A stretch of 63,711 nucleotides of DNA, counting the filler, from Octopus bimaculoides (Eukaryota), in NCBI RefSeq assembly GCF_001194135.2. It is 6 parts of 6 records of this genome, joined end to end, with 100 filler letters (N's around TTAATTAATTAA, not from the genome) between each part and the next. Parts side by side here need not be neighbours in the genome. Positions count along the whole stretch, not along the records: positions 20,714 to 41,033 come from NC_068981.1; positions 41,134 to 52,128 come from NC_069004.1; 4 more parts are not named here. One strand, given 5' to 3'. Position numbers and translations under genes: made by a program. The notes under the pieces were generated by a model. It saw only the letters and a program-made list of their open reading frames with translations, searched no databases and was not told the DNA's origin. How positions within the stretch are numbered: position 1 is the first letter of the stretch; every line of letters begins with the position of its first letter. This document shows, in pieces, positions 38,871 to 50,287 of this stretch.

Positions 38871-40399
38871 AAAGTGATCAATAGAATTATTTACTTCTAA
38901 AAATGAATTATGAGATAAAAATCAAAACTGAATGAATGTTCACTGGCAGGGTGCCCTTAATCACAGTTTTCGTCAATCATGTCTGACCACTTGTTAATCA
39001 ACAGTAACAAAATAGACCGAGGCAATGAGAAAGAGCCTATGTGGTTGCTCGGTCTGCAAGAAAGCAACCAAATTGTCCTGAAATTACATTCTACAGTCTT
39101 CAAAGTATGGAAGTTGACTCTGGATAATGTAGTCGTAGCTGCAAATAAATACATTGTATCCACAGTTGAAACGTCTTTGACCATAAATTTGTTCGACCAA
39201 GATTCACCTACGGCTAATTCACAAACACAAAGACAACAAAACAAAAAAGCAAAAGCAGTAATGCAGCAACAATAACAACAACGTTATATAAACGTCAACC
39301 ACATTGTCATTATTCATCTTATGGCGTTGAAGTTTACATCTCTCACAACAATAGGTAACAGTATATTCCAATAAAAGATCAGTTCAGTCGAAAGTGATAA
39401 ATCATTTAAGAACATCACTAAGTTTTCTCAACACGACATAGTGTTCGCCCATAACGACATATAGTGATTTATCAGTTAAAAGGAAAAGAAAAATCAAAAC
39501 CAAAAATACATTACTATCAATATCTATCACTTAGATGAACAGAAATAGCAACTAAAAACAAAAGTAAAAACTGAACAACTATAAGAAGCTAAATAACAAT
39601 AAGGAAAACGGCAGCAAAAATGCTCAAAAGAAATGAAGAGACATCAAACGACTACACTGTGAAGCTGCCATGCTGATGACATCCATTGCGGCAGAAATAC
39701 GTGTGCTGTCTTCTTGTCTCTAGATAAGTAGGTTGTCTTCTCTGTAATAGTATATCAATTTTGAAATCGTTATTTTTCATTCAGATTAACGTACGTTTCA
39801 ATTTGAAGTTGGTCCTACCTAACTGCCGCAAAGCTATTGTTCTACAATTCCTAGAAGAGAAAATAATTTCCACAAATCAGAATGTACCTATTGCTGAAAA
39901 GACCCCCATGCAGTGTCTGATATGCCTCTGATCTATACTCATTTTAAATCCATAAGCAACTAACAAAATTTCCTAAGTAAGTTTTCTTAATGAAAATATT
40001 GAGCAACAGCTTACTTTGGAGAAAAAAACAAGCATATGGACTAAAGCTACCAGAAAAATTAACCAATAAAATGCTCAAAATTTCTATCATGCTGACGTCA
40101 AGATTGTACTAGCCAATCAAGCAGGTTCAGCTGTGATACTAGATTATTCGTAACATCAGATAGTCAGCTTAATTCCATATCTAGCACTGTCAATCAAATT
40201 TGAAGAGCTATCACACAAACGACATACGATAAACACCCGCAAGATAAATAGTTTAAAACAAAACGGTATAGCACTAGTACTCTCCAATTTAAACTACTTT
40301 TGAAAATCACAAAATTGTGAAACCGGCACAATAGTTGTAAATATATTTTCTTGAAGAAAATGCGCTTAAAATGCAATTCCAGCTTCTAATATCTTTACC

Positions 40400-40445
<46 letters not shown>

Positions 40446-40507
40446 ATAGATATGCATACACATTCACAATGCATATATTAGCTTACATATATTGTTATTC
40501 TTTTATT

Positions 40508-40915
40508 ATTTTACTTGTTTCAGTCATTTGACTTTGTAATTAAGCCTGATGCTTATTCTATCGGTCGCTTTTGCAGTACTGCTATGTTACGGGGACGTAA
40601 ACAACTCAAGGTCGGTTGTCAAGCGATGGTGGGGTTTGGGGGACAAACACAGACACACAAGCTCATATATATATATATATATATACGGTGGACTTCTTTC
40701 AGTTTCCGTCTACCAAATCCACTCACAAGGCTTTGGTCGGCCCGAGGCTATAGTAGAAGACGCTTGCCCAAGATACCACGCAGTGGAACTGAATCCGGAA
40801 CTTTGTGGCTATTTAAAACTTCAAAATCTTATTTATTGCCGAGCTGCTAATTTACGGCAGCAAAAACACACCAACACAAGTTGTCAAACGGTGATGGGGG
40901 TAAAAAAATACACAC
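40508..40915 (-). mobile_element. SINE family A copy (40508-40810) plus an adjacent mid-body fragment of a second copy (40828-40915)
   Basis: Matches 30461-30863. Confidence 0.8.
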
Positions 40916-41147
40916 ACACATGGATATATATATATATATTCATCCATATATATACATATTGTATGCAAATATGTGTACATGCACAGCACATATATGTATA
41001 TATCTATGTATGCTATTGTGTGTGTGTGTGTGTNNNNNNNNNNNNNNNNNNNNNNNNNNNNNNNNNNNNNNNNNNNNTTAATTAATTAANNNNNNNNNNN
41101 NNNNNNNNNNNNNNNNNNNNNNNNNNNNNNNNNATATATATATATAT

Positions 41148-41292
41148 AAGGCACAAGCATGGCTGTGTGGTAATAAGCTTGCTTCCCAACCACATGGTTC
41201 TGGGTTCAGTCCTACACCTTGGGAAAATGTCTTCTGCTATATCCTCAGGCCCTTTGAGTGGATTTCATGGATAGAAACTAAAAGAAGCTTGC
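41148..41292 (+). mobile_element. SINE family A, 5' half
   Basis: GGCACAAGCATGGCTGTGTGGTAA...GGTTCTGGGTTCAGTCC. Confidence 0.85.
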
Positions 41293-42506
41293 CACACCAA
41301 TCCGTACATTCGCCTATATGTAAATACTAAACCACCCTCGCTTGAAACACACACATGCTCACCCACATACTCGCCAAAACCTATACATATATGTACATAT
41401 ACCTATATATACCCGCATACACGGGTATACCCGCATACACACCCACACACGCATGCACTCAACAACTTCGCACCCATACACACATACGCAGAAAAAAATC
41501 ATCATAGGGCTAAAGCAAAATACAGAAGAAAGTGTGAAAAAGCTATAAGGTTAAAACGCGTCTATATGCACATATTTTCGCATGCCCGCACATACATTTA
41601 TATACACACGTACTCGCACACACGCACACATTCACAAGCATGCACATAAGGTTCCATGTACGTGTCTATAGATGCACAGGAAAAAAGCAGGGTGGAGGGG
41701 AGAAAACAGAAAAAATATATGTGGAAAAAATACAAAACATTAACTCTATAATTATGTAAAAAATAAGAAATCTAAGTATAGAGAGAAGAGATAAAAAGCT
41801 TATACATAGACACAATATAGAAAGCAAGTCTTATCAGTAAACTCAGGGGGACCAAAAACGTAGTTCTTTTGTCTTAGTAACGGTCAACCACACAGTAATT
41901 TCCCTTTGTTTGACGGTCATTTTTCACTGGAATTTTCAATGGCCGGATAACTGAAGAGATGTTGGCATGNNNNNNNNNNNNNNNNNNNNNNNNNNNNNNN
42001 NNNNNNNNNNNNNNNNNNNNNNNNNNNNNNNNNNNNNNNNNNNNNNNNNNNNNNNNNNNNNNNNNNNNNNNNNNNNNNNNNNNNNNNNNNNNNNNNNNNN
42101 NNNNNNNNNNNNNNNNNNNNNNNNNNNNNNNNNNNNNNNNNNNNNNNNNNNNNNNNNNNNNNNNNNNNNNNNNNNNNNNNNNNNNNNNNNNNNNNNNNNN
42201 NNNNNNNNNNNNNNNNNNNNNNNNNNNNNNNNNNNNNNNNNNNNNNNNNNNNNNNNNNNNNNNNNNNNNNNNNNNNNNNNNNNNNNNNNNNNNNNNNNNN
42301 NNNNNNNNNNNNNNNNNNNNNNNNNNNNNNNNNNNNNNNNNNNNNNNNNNNNNNNNNNNNNNNNNNNNNNNNNNNNNNNNNNNNNNNNNNNNNNNNNNNN
42401 NNNNNNNNNNNNNNNNNNNNNNNNNNNNNNNNNNNNNNNNNNNNNNNNNNNNNNNNNNNNNNNNNNNNNNNNNNNNNNNNNNNNNNNNNNNNNNNNNNNN
42501 NNNNNN

Positions 42507-42549
<43 letters not shown>

Positions 42550-42564
42550 TAGATAGATAGATAG

Positions 42565-42598
<34 letters not shown>

Positions 42599-42699
42599 AC
42601 CAGTTTTGCACATATATTAACATACAACTCATCAAATATATAAATGGATGGTGGAATAAATTAATGACATATATGCAGAAAATAGATTATAATAAATTG

Positions 42700-45600
42700 G
42701 GAAAATGTAGAAGTGAGGCATTTGAAAGCAAGACACATAGGTATAAAATCTTCTGGGAAGGTAACCGTGACGGAGTAGGTGGTGCGGGCATACTTCTTGC
42801 AGAGAAGTGGGTGGATAAGGTCGTACTTAAGCTCAGGCTAGTCTTGCAGAATAGTACAGCTATAATTATATCTGCCCATGCCCCACAAGTGGGCCTACCA
42901 AATGAACAGAAGGACCTCTTTTATGATATTCTTCTGAAGGCTACCTGAAAGATTAGTGACAATGATCTCATCTTCATGGCTGGGGATTTCAATGGGCATG
43001 TCAGACGGCAGCTTGGTATCTTCCATGGGGGCCATGGAATTGGTTCCCAAAACAAAGAGGGAGCAAGGCTACTGGAGTTCTGTGATGCAAATAGCTTCTT
43101 GGTCAACAGCATTAACTTCAGGAAGCCAGCCAGCCACCCAATAACCTTCCAATTAGGTGACTCTGCTAGCCAGATCAATTTCATTCTCACCAGACAGTAG
43201 GATGCTTGGTTCCTCTTAAATACAAAGACCCTCCCTGGTGAAGAATGTACCCCCCAGCATAGACTAGTCATTAGTGATTTTAGACTCCAGGCCAGAAGGA
43301 TGCAAAGAAGCAGTTGTGAAAGCTGAAGGACCCTTCATATGGTCAGAGATTTAAGGACATCCTAATTGAGAAATTTGATGTGAGAGAGGAGGAGCTACAA
43401 ACTTGTGACATAGAGGGCAACTGGGAATTCCTGCAAGACAGCTTTCTGAATATCATAGACCAAATCTGTGGCTGGTGCAAAGTTCCTTTCAGACCTAGGG
43501 TAATGTGGTGGTGGTGGAACAATACTGTAGACAGGGCCATTAGAGCTAAGAAACAGACCTGGAAGAGTGGGAGCAGCAAGGAACTGTATCAGATAGCCAG
43601 AAGGGAAGCTAGGAGTCAGGTATAACTAGCCAAGGGAGAAGCAGGAAAGAAGTTTACCTATGTTCAACGTCATGAGGACCAAAGAACTGAAGGATTTCAG
43701 ATTGCAAGACAGTGTGTGAGAGAAAATTGTCACAGGAGAGAAATGTGTCCGCATGGATGATGGTGCACTTGCTTTTAATGTGTCTGCAAAGAAAGAAGCT
43801 TGGAAATGCCATTATGAAAGACTGCTGGACCTGGAGAACGAATGGGAGGAAGACAGTCTGCCAAATGTGGACCTAATTGAGGAACCCGCTACCTCGTAGA
43901 TGAAGCAATTTAGGATATGAAGACAGGAAGTCTTCAGCCCTTCAGGAATCAACATTGAGATGCTTAAAATATCTGGTGGTGTAGGTTATGGTCTAGTCCC
44001 CCATATTGTAAATCAGGTGGTTCATGAAGGAGTCCTACCTAATTACTGATGTACCAGCACCATAGTCAAGTGCTACAAAGGTAAAGGTGACGCTTTAGAT
44101 AGAAATAATTACAGAGGTATCAAATTGTTGGCTCAGGTGATGAAAGTAATGGAGAGAGTCATAGCCCAACTAATTAGAGACAGAGTTAGTCTAGATGAGA
44201 TGCAGTTTGGTTTTGTGCCAGGGAGAAGCACCACTGATGCTATATTTCTGGTAAGGCAACTGCAGGAGAAATACCTAGCCAAAGAAAAACCTCTGTACTT
44301 GACTTTTGTTAATTGGAGAAAGCTTTTGACAGGGTCCCCCGATCCCTTTCTGGTGGTCAATGCAGAAACTAGGGATAGACAAGTGGTTGGTGAGAGCCAT
44401 ACAAACCTTGTACAGGGACGCTATCAGTAAGGTGAGGGTGGGCAGTGAGGACAGTGAAGAATTCAGGGTAGAAGTAGGTGTTCACCAAGGATCGGTGCTC
44501 AGCCCCCTCTTGTTCATCATAGTCCTCCAGGCAATAACAGAAGAATTCAAGACAGGCTGCCCCTGGGAGCACCTCTATGCTGATGACCTTGTTCTTATAG
44601 CTGAATCACTACCTGAAATAGGGAGTAAGTTCCAGATATGGAAACAAGGTCTAGAGTCAAAGTGCCTTATAGCAAAAACCAAAGTCGTAGTAAGTGGGAA
44701 GGCAGACAAATCGCAAATCCTTTCAGGTAGATGGCCTGAAAGGATCTGTAGAAAAGGTGTAGGTAGAAACTCCGTAAGATGCACCCTGTGTAAGCTTTGG
44801 ACACATAAAAGGTGCAGCAACATCAGAGAAACTAACTTTTGTATGTAGAAGGTGCATAGGTACAATAAATACTGAAAATGTGTGGAAAACAGACTCCATC
44901 AACTGCCAGGGGTGGCAAGCTAGAGGTAGTAGATAGCTTCTGGTATCTAGGTGACCAAGTTAGTAGTGGAGGTGGATTCTCCGAGAACATAGCTGTGAGA
45001 ATAAGATTAGACTGGGCAAAGTTCAGAGAGCTCCTACCCCTGCTGGCAATAATGGGCCTCTCACTCAGAGTGAAAGGTAGATTGTTTGATGCCTGTATGT
45101 GAACAGCTATGCTGCATGGCAGTGAAACATGGGCTATGATAGCTGAAGGCTTGAAAGAAATGAAGCCAGTATGCATCACTGGATGTGCAATGTCAGTGTG
45201 CATGTGTGGCAGAGTGTAAGCATTTTGAGAGAAAAGTTAGACATAAGAGGAATCAGATGTAGTGTGCAAGAGAGACAACTGCGCTGGTATGGTCATGTGA
45301 TGCATATGGATGAAGATAGTTGTGTAAAGAAGTGCCGATCTCTAACTGTGGAGGGAGCCTGTGGTAGGGGAAAACCCAGGAAGACATGGGACGAGGTGGT
45401 GAAGTATGATCTTCGAACTTTGAGCCTCACAGAGATAATGGCTGGTGACCAAGACCTTTGGCAATGTGCTGTGCTTGAAAGGATCCGTCAAGCCAAGTTC
45501 ACTTGTATTGGTGTCACATAATGAACATCTTTTGAATGTTGGGCCTCATGGAGGTAAAGTGGCTGAGTTCCTTTCAAGCATTGGGCCTGATGGAGGCAAA

Positions 45601-46011
45601 GTGGTTGAGTTCCTTTTGAGCATTGTGCTTCATGGAGGCAATGACCAAGACCTTTGGCATTATGCCATGCTTGAGAAGACCCATCAAGCTGAGCAAAATC
45701 AAAGACATGACAGATACAGGTATCACACAAATTGGCACCCATGCCGGTGGAATGTAAACACATCCCAGTGTCACACAAATGGCACCTGGTGGTATGTATG
45801 TGCTGGTGGTATGTATGTGCTGGTGGTATGTAAATGCACCCATTACACTCTCAGAGTGGTTGGTGTTAGGAAGGGTATCCAACCCTAGAAATCTATGCCA
45901 AGTCAAACTGGAGTCTGGTGTAGCCCTCTAGCATGCCAGCCCAGTCAAACTATCCAACCCATGTGAGTATGGACAACGGACATTAAATGATGATGATGAT
46001 GATGATGATGA
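42700..46011 (+). mobile_element. RTE-clade LINE (APE endonuclease + reverse transcriptase), 5'-truncated, decayed
   Basis: APE motifs YKIFWEG, AGDFNGHV, SQINFIL, PQHRLV; RT motifs QFGFVPGRSTTDAIF, VGVHQGSVLSPLLF, LYADDLVL, YLGD, LRWYGHVM, GRGKPRKTWDEVV; 3' UTR ending in (ATG)n at ~45987-46011. Many stops and frameshifts. Confidence 0.95.
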
Positions 46012-46184
46012 TAAAAATCCTTTATACCTTAATATACACATACATTCACACATTTATATACAAACATATATGTATACATATATACATACACTTAAGCATG
46101 CACACATGCACATACATAGATACAAATAAGTATACATTTGCAGATACACACACACATAACTACATGCATATATGTGTGTGTGTG

Positions 46185-46398
46185 CCAGGGGTGCTGAAAA
46201 GTTCCTGGCTTTGGGTAAAAGAAAATACAGGAGGATCAGTTATGCTTTTATTCAACGTCTTCCCCTCTCAGATTCACACACTTTTTGCAGCAGTCCTTCA
46301 GTTTTTGTAAGCCCTGTAAAAGAACTTGGAAGGTTGGGCCTCTAATCAAACCTTTCACAATACCCTGAAAGCCAGAAATTTTCCATCACCCCCTCGTA
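46185..46398 (-). mobile_element. Mariner-derived MITE
   Basis: Imperfect TIRs CCAGGGGTGCTGAAAAGTTCCTGGCTTT / AAAGCCAGAAATTTTTCCATCACCCCCTCGTA; internal minus strand encodes GLQKLKDCCKKCVNLRGEDVE*, the mariner C-terminal motif. Confidence 0.85.
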
Positions 46399-47257
46399 CA
46401 TATGTATATATGCACAAATCTACATATGTATATGATCTGATCTTTGTGTATGTTTTGGCATAATGTTATCTGGTCAGTCCAGCTTTTCCTAACCATTATA
46501 ACATTTCGCCTTTGCTAAACTCCGCCATAGCATACCATGCTTGATATTTTTATCCTTCAATCTCCTGCTATATACTGAAAGGGATGCTGTTCCGTGTAGC
46601 CAGATTTTGAAATGATTGAATGTGTGTCTGATATTGAACTTTAAATCTATTTTCTGTTAAATCTGCATGAGATTTACTGATGATGAAAATATTAATTGTA
46701 CATGTATATGCATCATTAATTAGACAATTCACATTATAGCTATCAATAATGCCACTGGTCGTATTATTACAAATACTTGTTACTTAATGAGTTAATATTT
46801 TGTACAAGCTTAGGAGTTATGAAATAAGGCAATTTAACAGTATTCCTGTTAAAGCTGTACCTATGTTCTACTGAAAGTATTTATTGAATAAAGAAAAGCT
46901 TTTGATCATAGTGTTGCTATTTCCATATTAAATATTGGATTATACTAAATATTATGTTCTTCCTAATCCTATGCATGTAGTTAATATAATATTGGTTCTC
47001 CTTAAAACCACTACAAGCCAATGCTTCATTGTACTAGACTGAATGATCTTAAGAATCTGATAAACTAAATGATATCAGTGAGATATTTTCAACTATGTTT
47101 TTCTTAGTGTTGTGCAGATTGTTTGAAAACTTATTTATATAATAATTGGTCTCATTAATCCCTCTAATGGATTATTTTTATCCACTTAGAAAACGAAATG
47201 CAGATGTACAGTGTATACTGGATACATATGTATGTGTGCATGCACATGCATGTATAC

Positions 47258-47336
47258 CAATGGTTCTCAACTTAGGGTTTGTGGACCCCTGGTGGTCTGC
47301 AAAGGTAGTACTGGGTGTCTATGAACTAAATTCAAA

Positions 47337-47377
<41 letters not shown>

Positions 47378-47378
47378 G

Positions 47379-47416
<38 letters not shown>

Positions 47417-47481
47417 AGGATAAACATATGAAAAGGGGTCCATGGGAAAACTCATTTTAAAAAAAGGGTTGGTAACCACTG
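47258..47481. mobile_element. hAT (Charlie-like) MITE with a perfect 8-bp TSD
   Basis: TIRs CAATGGTTCTCAAC / GTTGGTAACCACTG; ATGTATAC at both 47250-47257 and 47482-47489; (TA)n(CA)n inside. Confidence 0.9.
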
Positions 47482-47665
47482 ATGTATACAGACATTGAAT
47501 TGTATCAAATATATGAGAGAGTGTTCATTTTCATCTAGTAGCTCAAGTTTCACATCACTGTGATCTTTAGATGAAAGTTGTTATGCATGACACCTGAGTT
47601 TCAATAAACATATATATTACATGTATACATGCATCTATTACTACTTACATTTGTTGGACTGTAGC

Positions 47666-47820
47666 CACTAGCGTAGCTGGTGGGAGTGGGGGGGGGGCGA
47701 TCTGTCCTGGGTGTCACTTTTTAAGAGACAACACTTTTGCGTCTGCTATAGGCAATATATGTTTTGTGTGGGCCCTTCCGTTTGCCACCCCAAGCAGCAC
47801 TTACTCTAGCTACGCTAGTG
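47666..47820. mobile_element. Small MITE, probably hAT-type
   Basis: Perfect 13-bp TIRs CACTAGCGTAGCT / AGCTACGCTAGTG; degenerate 8-bp flanks ACTGTAGC / ACTGTGGT. Confidence 0.8.
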
Positions 47821-47960
47821 ACTGTGGTCATGCTGAGGTATTTATCTTCAAGGGTTTAGTCAATCATATTTACTAGTACTTATTTCAGTCTGCAAATGAA
47901 TGCAGTCTATTACCAATAATGTAAATATTTTTTCAATTTCTATATTAATTTGTACAGTAT

Positions 47961-48235
47961 AGGTACAGGCATGATGTGTGGTTAAAATGGTCACTTTGCA
48001 ACCATGTGGTTTCAGGCTTAGTCTGACCAATGCCTTATGAGTGAAGCTGGGAGATGGAATGGTGTGGAAGTCTGTTGTGTGTGTGTGTGTCTTTGTGCCT
48101 GTGTTTGTCCCCCACACCACTTGACAGCTAGTGTTGGTTTGTTTATGTTCCTATAACCTAGTGGTTTGGTAAAAGAGACCGATAGAATAAGTACCAGACT
48201 TTAAAAAATAAGTACTGGGACTGTTTTGTTTGAAA
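47961..48235 (+). mobile_element. SINE family A, diverged and CpG-depleted
   Basis: Head, central (GT)n and TGTTTGTCCCC...GAGACCGATAGAATAAGTAC. Confidence 0.8.
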
Positions 48236-49199
48236 CGATGTGATAGCAAAGTAAGCATCTTAACCACACAACTATGCCTGCATCAAAATTATACAAACTA
48301 TTTTTTGCTGCTGTTGTTGTTTAGCACTCATTAGCCATTTCAACTATGACCATTGTTACTTATTTCCAGAAAATCCATCTGGTACTTCATTATCCAATGT
48401 CACTGTTAAAAAGACTGTAGGCTGTGAATTGAGTAAGATTTAGCATTTCAAGTAACCACTCATTGGCTCCCACATTGGCTTTAATTGTGTCTGTGTGTAA
48501 GGAGATGGGGGTATTATTATTATTTTGCTGTGGTTTAGTTATTTATATGAATTTTTCTGCACATTTTCTAAAGGCCACCACCCACTTTGAAATATTTTCT
48601 AATCTGAAGCCCTTCCCCACAAAATTCTATAAAACTAAGACATTAATTCTTTAATCTTGATATATCTTCTTTTAAATGGCATTTAACTCTTTTCAAAAGT
48701 CAACTGAATTTTATTTTTAATTTAAATTTTACTTTTCACATGACATTTTCTTTCATTGAAGTTTCTAAGCCAAAGAACAAAATGGTTAAATCTTTTTGTT
48801 TTGGTTTTTATTTAAATGTATTTTTTAACTCTTATTAATGATGTGTTGAAATGGCTGTGAAATAGTTCACTTTTTGAATCACTGCAATCAAGAAATTACA
48901 CAAGAACAGCTAGACAATATTACTTACGTGATTGTGGGTACCAATGATAAAATGATGTCTACATGGCCATTGGACTTGCTAGAAACAGAAGATAAAACTC
49001 CTCAGAATACAGATATACATACACATGCATAAAAAAGCAAAAGCACAACATATGAATACATACATGCATGCATACATACATAGAGAGAGGAGGGATACCT
49101 AAACACATATACACCCATGTATGCACCTATATGCATACAAACATGTAAATATAGAAAGATAGAACAAAAACCCATACACAAAAAAATAAATATAAACAC

Positions 49200-49530
49200 A
49201 TGTGGTTGTGTGGTAAGAAGCTTGCTTTCCAACCACATGGTTCCAGGCTCTGTCCCACTGCGTGGCACCTTGGACAATTGTCTTTTTCTACAGCCTCAGG
49301 CCAACTAAAACCAGCCAAAGAAGCCTTGGTTAAATAAATTTAACACACTATTTATTTCGCCATTTATAACTATATATATNNNNNNNNNNNNNNNNNNNNN
49401 NNNNNNNNNNNNNNNNNNNNNNNNNNNNNNNNNNNNNNNNNNNNNNNNNNNNNNNNNNNNNNNNNNNNNNNNNNNNNNNGCATGGCCGCAGTCAAATGAT
49501 TGAAACAAGTAAAAGAGTAAAATAGTAAAA
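49200..49530 (+). mobile_element. SINE family A spanning an N gap
   Basis: Head at 49200-49310; 3' end GCATGGCCGCAGTCAAATGATTGAAACAAGTAAAAG at 49480-49520. Confidence 0.75.
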
Positions 49531-49868
49531 GAGATACAATAAGAAATTAAAGAAGGAAAATGCACACACTTTACATAGTTTTAATATAATTTTTGATATA
49601 TCTTATATTGTGTTTACTGACCAGGTTTGCTTTTACTAATCATGACATTTAAAATTTATTTAAATACGTATTTTCTTAAGAAAAATTTTTTTAGTCCATA
49701 TTGTGTGTGGAGTTTATGAATGAATAATTGAACAAGCAGAAAAATGTAAGGGGAGGTAATTGGTTATCATTATGATTGTGGACAGAGGAGACAATTGTTT
49801 GTCTTTCGGTGGGTGGGGTGGAATATATATATATACAAAAAAATTCAAAAAACTAGAGTAGTGGGGAG

Positions 49869-49949
49869 AAATATGTACAGTGATGGGTATTTATTCATGA
49901 ATTAAAATATGTACAGTGATGGGTATTTATTCATGAATTAAAATATGTA
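49869..49949. repeat. 36-bp tandem duplication (2.25 copies)
   Basis: Unit AAATATGTACAGTGATGGGTATTTATTCATGAATTA. Confidence 0.9.
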
Positions 49950-50020
49950 TAGAGCTCAAAGTTGGTTATGCTTGCATATTTAGACGTGTTCTGTATTTTT
50001 CGATGAATAAATTTTCTTTC

Positions 50021-50251
50021 CAGTTCTGTATTTAAGAGATGAGAAATTATGTACACTATGTATATCATTTACATTTGACAGATATTTGTTCTCACCTTGT
50101 TTGTTGTTAACATAACATTTCGGCTGATATACCCTCCAGCCTTCATCAGGTGCCTTGGGGAAATTTTGAACCTGGGTTCTCATTCCTACGGTATTTTTCG
50201 ATATTATTATTATTATCATTATCTTGGAGTTAGTAGCCCACGCTCTTAACC
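50021..50251 (-). mobile_element. Hammerhead family 1 repeat with a partial tRNA-like head
   Basis: Minus strand: GGTTAAGAGCGTGGGCTACTAACTCCAAGAT, (AAT)n, then a body homologous to 2259-2632 including the hammerhead motif. Confidence 0.8.
50109..50154 (-). ncRNA. Minimal hammerhead-like motif (family 1)
   Basis: GGCAC CTGATGA A GGCTG-GAGGGTATAT-CAGCC GAAA TG T T ATGTT: intact core, perfect stem II, stem III changed from ACGU to AUGU. Confidence 0.65.
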
Positions 50252-50287
50252 GCGGCATATGGCATAGTGGTTAAGAGTGCGGGATAC

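Noticed and set aside
38957-39275. Overlapping 95/98-aa ORFs on opposite strands
   Set aside because: No recognisable motif; such lengths can arise by chance.
39655-39721. Possible minus-strand exon (RQEDSTRISAAMDVISMAASQ)
   Set aside because: No convincing donor site and no recognisable homology.
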